NCBI GenBank assembly: GCA_963662265.2
Contig: CAXXHA010000015.1
Span: 13,653-77,652, forward strand
Length of the DNA: 64,000 bases
Direction: 5' to 3'
From: Spirochaetia bacterium
GTDB lineage: Bacteria; Spirochaetota; Spirochaetia; CADAEX01
Positions 60,167-64,000 of the stretch are shown piece by piece. Each line of letters begins with the position of its first letter. Positions within the stretch are counted from its first letter, which is position 1. Under the pieces are notes generated by a model. It searched no databases. It was not told the DNA's origin and saw nothing but the letters and a program-made list of their open reading frames with translations. A program made the translations under genes and the position numbers.

Positions 60167-61141
60167 TTATTTGATTAAATATTTCTGATTTACTAATGTA
60201 GGCGGCTGCAACCCGCCTCCTCTGTCATACTTGAGGATATTTTCTACACAACAAGATACCATATTTATATCGTTGTCAGCTGTGTTTCCTCCACTGTGAG
60301 GGGTTGCAACAAGATTTTCAAATTGAAGCAATGGAGATGTTGCAGAAAGAGGTTCCTTTTCAAAAGTATCCAAACCTGCACCAGCAATCACATTATTTCC
60401 AAGTGCTTCTACAAGATCTTTTTCGTTAATCACGCCCCCTCGAGACGTATTAATTATAATTGAAGACGATTTCATTTTAGAGAAACTATCACGATTAATC
60501 ATATGGTGAGTACTTTCAAGTAAAGGGACATGAAGGCTTAAAATATCCGAAGTACTCAATAAAGTATTTAAATCAACATATTTAAAACCAAGAGCAGTTT
60601 CTTTTTCTTCAGGCATCCTATTCAAGTCATAATATTGAATTTCCGCACCAAACCCTCTTTTTGCTATTTTCCCCACACGCTGTCCGATTGACCCAAGTCC
60701 TAATAAGCCGATCATTTTTCCGTTTAGCATATACGATTTTTTCGAATATATATCCCTTGCCCATTCATCTTTTTTTATCCTATTTGACAAAGGAAGTATA
60801 TTTCTATAAACAGACAGCATTAGCATTATAGTAAATTCTGCAACAGGCCATGTATTGCCGCCAAGACAAATTGCTACGGAAATACCTCGTTCCCCTGCAG
60901 TTTTTGTATCAATTTTATCATATCCAGCACCCCATTTTTGTATCAAAGACAACCTTGAAGCATGATTTATAACAGTTTCATTTATTTCAAATGATCTATT
61001 AACTATATATTCAACATCTTTAATTTTATCGTAATTTTCACGAGAATTAACCTCAATGATTTCAAAATCTCGTGGCAGTTTTTCTTGGAACATTCCTTTA
61101 ACCACAGGATTAAATATCCCATAAAGTGCAATTTTTTTCAT
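60167..61141 (-). CDS. D-isomer specific 2-hydroxyacid dehydrogenase
   Basis: GAGYDKID, VAEF, GLGSIG, LHVPL, NTSRGGVINE, AGLDTFEKEP, TPH. Confidence 0.9.
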   Translation of the reverse strand: MKKIALYGIFNPVVKGMFQEKLPRDFEIIEVNSRENYDKIKDVEYIVNRSFEINETVINHASRLSLIQKWGAGYDKIDTKTAGERGISVAICLGGNTWPVAEFTIMLMLSVYRNILPLSNRIKKDEWARDIYSKKSYMLNGKMIGLLGLGSIGQRVGKIAKRGFGAEIQYYDLNRMPEEKETALGFKYVDLNTLLSTSDILSLHVPLLESTHHMINRDSFSKMKSSSIIINTSRGGVINEKDLVEALGNNVIAGAGLDTFEKEPLSATSPLLQFENLVATPHSGGNTADNDINMVSCCVENILKYDRGGGLQPPTLVNQKYLIK

Positions 61142-61175
61142 AAAACACATCCTTCTATTGTAATTTTAATTAAAG

Positions 61176-62687
61176 CTATCCTGCTACTGATGATTTAGAT
61201 TTTTTATTTACAAAAGTCATAAGTATAGGAGAAAATAATGAAAGAATAACCAGTATAAAAAGTACAATACTTATAGGACGTGTTAGGAAATATGAAAAGA
61301 TATCTCCCCGAGCTAGAATTAATGCACGACGCCAGTTTGACTCAGCTATTGGGCTAAGAACCATTCCCAAAACCATTGGCGCTGTTGCAAAACCTGTTAT
61401 TCTGAGAAAATAGCCGATTAATCCAAATATCAGCATAATCACAACATCAAACATGCTATTCCTGATAGCATAACAACCTATACATGATAATCCTATAATA
61501 ATTGGTGATAAAATTGACGGAGACAGAGTACTTACCTTGGCAACATACCGGGCAATTCCAAGACCAATAATCCCCATTAAAACATTCGCAATTAGAAAGC
61601 CAGTACTTAGCGCAAAAGTCATATCTGCATGTTTAGTATACATTTCAGCACCTGGGACTAAACCATGAATCATCAATCCTCCTAAAAGGATAGCAGCAAC
61701 ACCACTTCCAGGAAGACCTAGTGTAAATAATGGAATTAAGGCCCCACCTGTTGCAGCATTATTTCCTGCTTCTGAAGAAGCAACTCCTTCCAATGCGCCT
61801 TTTCCAAAAGCTTCAGGATTCTTTGAAAATTTTTTCCCAAGAGCATAACAGACCCATGATGATATACCAGCTCCTGCTGCAGGAATTATTCCTACAATAG
61901 TACCTAAAAATGAAGACCTGATCATTGTTGGGAAAAGTGATTTAAACTCTTTCCAGGGAGGAAGAATGCGACCGGACATAACATCTCCAACCATTATAGT
62001 TTTTCGCCCTTTTGCAATATCTGAAGATAGAATAAGAACCTGCGATAAAGAAAACATCCCAATAAGTGCCGGAACAAAATTAATGCCGTCTTCCAAAGCA
62101 ATAATTCCAAATGTAAACCTTGGAACTCCTGTAAACATATCAAGGCCAATCGAACCAAATAATAATCCCAAAAATCCGGAAAAAAGACCTTTAACAAGAG
62201 ACGCCCCTGCAAGACTTGCAATAATTGTAAGCCCAAATATAGCAAGCATGAAGAATTCCAGTGAAGAAAACTTCAGAGAAAAAAGTCCCAGCGGAGGAGC
62301 AATAAATATCAGTGCCAAAGCACCCACAATCCCTCCTAACATTGATGATATTGTTCCGACACCAACAGCCTCCATTCCTCTCCCTTGAAGAGTAAGCTGA
62401 TACCCATCCAGTGCAGTTGCTGCTGAAGCTGGTGTTCCGGGAGTATGACATAACGTTGCAGTAATAGAGCCTCCGTAAATTGCTGAAGTATAAACAGCTA
62501 TAAGCATCAATAATCCTGCAACAGGATTCATACCAAAAGTGATCGGAATTAAAAGAGCAACTCCCATACTTGCAGAAAAACCAGGAAGCGCACCAATAAC
62601 CATACCCCCAACTACTCCAATAAAAAGAGCAATAATGGTATCAAATTGAAATAATATTTCAAATCCATTTAATAATATTTCGCTCAT
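61176..62687 (-). CDS. tctA: Tripartite tricarboxylate transporter large permease
   Basis: GALPG, YGGSITA...PGTPAS, EAGNNA, LTLG-like FTLGLPGS. Confidence 0.93.
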   Translation of the reverse strand: MSEILLNGFEILFQFDTIIALFIGVVGGMVIGALPGFSASMGVALLIPITFGMNPVAGLLMLIAVYTSAIYGGSITATLCHTPGTPASAATALDGYQLTLQGRGMEAVGVGTISSMLGGIVGALALIFIAPPLGLFSLKFSSLEFFMLAIFGLTIIASLAGASLVKGLFSGFLGLLFGSIGLDMFTGVPRFTFGIIALEDGINFVPALIGMFSLSQVLILSSDIAKGRKTIMVGDVMSGRILPPWKEFKSLFPTMIRSSFLGTIVGIIPAAGAGISSWVCYALGKKFSKNPEAFGKGALEGVASSEAGNNAATGGALIPLFTLGLPGSGVAAILLGGLMIHGLVPGAEMYTKHADMTFALSTGFLIANVLMGIIGLGIARYVAKVSTLSPSILSPIIIGLSCIGCYAIRNSMFDVVIMLIFGLIGYFLRITGFATAPMVLGMVLSPIAESNWRRALILARGDIFSYFLTRPISIVLFILVILSLFSPILMTFVNKKSKSSVAG

Positions 62688-62717
62688 AAAATCTTCTCCA
62701 TAATTATTATTTCCTTT

Positions 62718-63200
62718 TTATTGCTGCAGCAGATAGAAGGCATGCTCTAGATAGCCGAAGTTAAGAACAGGCACATTAAGCTGTTTAACAAACATTGCAT
62801 AGATAATAAAAGAAAAACTTGCAGTGATTAAGAGAATTTTTCTCCATGATTTCAATCGTAAGTTTCTCATAAAGACTATCATAAAAATAATGGTTGCAAT
62901 AAAATAACCGGTTAAAGCAAACAATGCAAAATATCCGCTTATAATAAGAAAGGTTATTAACGGAACTTTAAGATTTGAAATTGTAATTGAATTATCATTA
63001 GAATTGCCTTCTGCTACAAGCTTGGTCTTTTTAACCCCATCCCACAAAATCAAACAGGCCAGCAATAACAGGATAAAAATTAACATTAGAGGAAAAGCAG
63101 AAGCTCCTGACGGAAGTTTTATTGACAAAATAAAACCCGCTGTACAGAATATAAAAATTCCTACAGCAATATAAATATCCTGATGTACTTTTTTTATCAT
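62718..63200 (-). CDS. tctB: Tripartite tricarboxylate transporter small permease
   Basis: Four to five TMs, FP motif, GYFIAT, F..QLNVP; start reassigned to ATG 63200 after AGGAG. Confidence 0.85.
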   Translation of the reverse strand: MIKKVHQDIYIAVGIFIFCTAGFILSIKLPSGASAFPLMLIFILLLLACLILWDGVKKTKLVAEGNSNDNSITISNLKVPLITFLIISGYFALFALTGYFIATIIFMIVFMRNLRLKSWRKILLITASFSFIIYAMFVKQLNVPVLNFGYLEHAFYLLQQ

Positions 63201-63284
63201 AAAAAGTCTCCTAAAATTGATAAAATTAAAGATTGACGCAAAATCCTGCGCCAATCTTTTTGTGTAAAATTGACAAAATGGATA

Positions 63285-64000
63285 CTATTTTTTCTGAACA
63301 TCCCAGAGAGATAATCTCTGATCTAACTGTCCTTTCAGTATTTTTTTATACGGTTCGCCAGTATAAAGTTTTGTTTCAATCCCCATTTTGTTCATATTTG
63401 CAACACACTCAGGATCTACAATTGCCTTACTTAATGCTTCTGTCATTTTATCTACAATTGCCTGGTCAACCCCTTTCGCATAACTGTACCCCCGGGAAGA
63501 AAACGAAATATAATCATGTCCAAGCTCAAGTGCAGTAGGCACATCTGGAATCATAGAAGATCTGTCCTCTCCAAAAACAACAATAGTTTTAAAACTGCCA
63601 TTATTATGCCCAACAGCAGTATCTCCTACATTTCCAAAAAGAACGTCTGTATTTTTGCTGATAAACATAGTCTCTGCATCTTTTGAACCTGACACCGGTA
63701 CAATTGTTATTTTGCATCCATATTTTTTCTCCATCATTTTTGCTAGAGAAGCTTCACCGCTTGTTATACCAGTACTTGAAGCTGCAACAAGTAAATCATT
63801 CTTTTTTGAATATTCAATCAGACTTTCAAAATCATTAAATCTAGCCTCATCAGGCCTGATTGCTATAACTTCATAATCAATAGCCTGGTTTGCCATCAAT
63901 TCAAAATCATCCATAGTCTCTTTACGGGGATTTTTCACATCATAAGCTCCAAACATAATAGATAAATTTGTCAGTGCAAAAGTATATCCATCTTTTGGTG
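63285..64000 (-). CDS. tctC: Tripartite tricarboxylate transporter substrate-binding protein (partial; starts beyond the window)
   Basis: PKDGYT at the window edge, RSSMIPDVPTALELG; upstream of tctB-tctA. Confidence 0.85.
   Translation of the reverse strand, partial: PKDGYTFALTNLSIMFGAYDVKNPRKETMDDFELMANQAIDYEVIAIRPDEARFNDFESLIEYSKKNDLLVAASSTGITSGEASLAKMMEKKYGCKITIVPVSGSKDAETMFISKNTDVLFGNVGDTAVGHNNGSFKTIVVFGEDRSSMIPDVPTALELGHDYISFSSRGYSYAKGVDQAIVDKMTEALSKAIVDPECVANMNKMGIETKLYTGEPYKKILKGQLDQRLSLWDVQKK

Noticed and set aside
60167-61141. 2-hydroxyacid dehydrogenase as the HAEP racemase partner of PbfA
   Set aside because: Lies in a separate TTT/RraA operon 6 kb away, beyond tRNAs; nothing in the sequence ties it to pbfA.

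Overview
Chromosomal window of an AT-rich anaerobic bacterium, most likely a free-living spirochaete (inferred from FAxGxxE-type signal peptides, an Lsa36-like surface protein, tRNA-Arg(UCG) and spirochaete-style hypotheticals). Housekeeping content: 8 tRNAs, tig-clpP-clpX, rarA, recQ, rpmB, cls, ackA, nudC and argF. Energy-conservation content: a trimeric [FeFe]-hydrogenase whose NuoF-like subunit is fused to a GltD/NfnB-like NADPH module, a Na+-translocating acyl-CoA decarboxylase operon and an orphan EtfBA. The best candidate for an undescribed system is 45.9-53.9 kb. There a clear PbfA-like aminophosphonate lyase sits with a TAXI solute receptor, a three-gene amine permease module, a LysR regulator, a saccharopine-dehydrogenase-like oxidoreductase and paired GntR/HutC-type operators, with no phnW or phnX in the window. 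Both tRNA-Arg genes are followed by ~120-nt structured elements with the same terminal inverted repeat and a duplicated tRNA 3' end. A tandem palindromic repeat element lies upstream of ackA. The 57.0-58.8 kb stretch is riddled with indels, probably from a poor assembly consensus. No CRISPR array, rRNA, intact transposase or prophage was seen. All calls come from motif reading only; no database searches were run.
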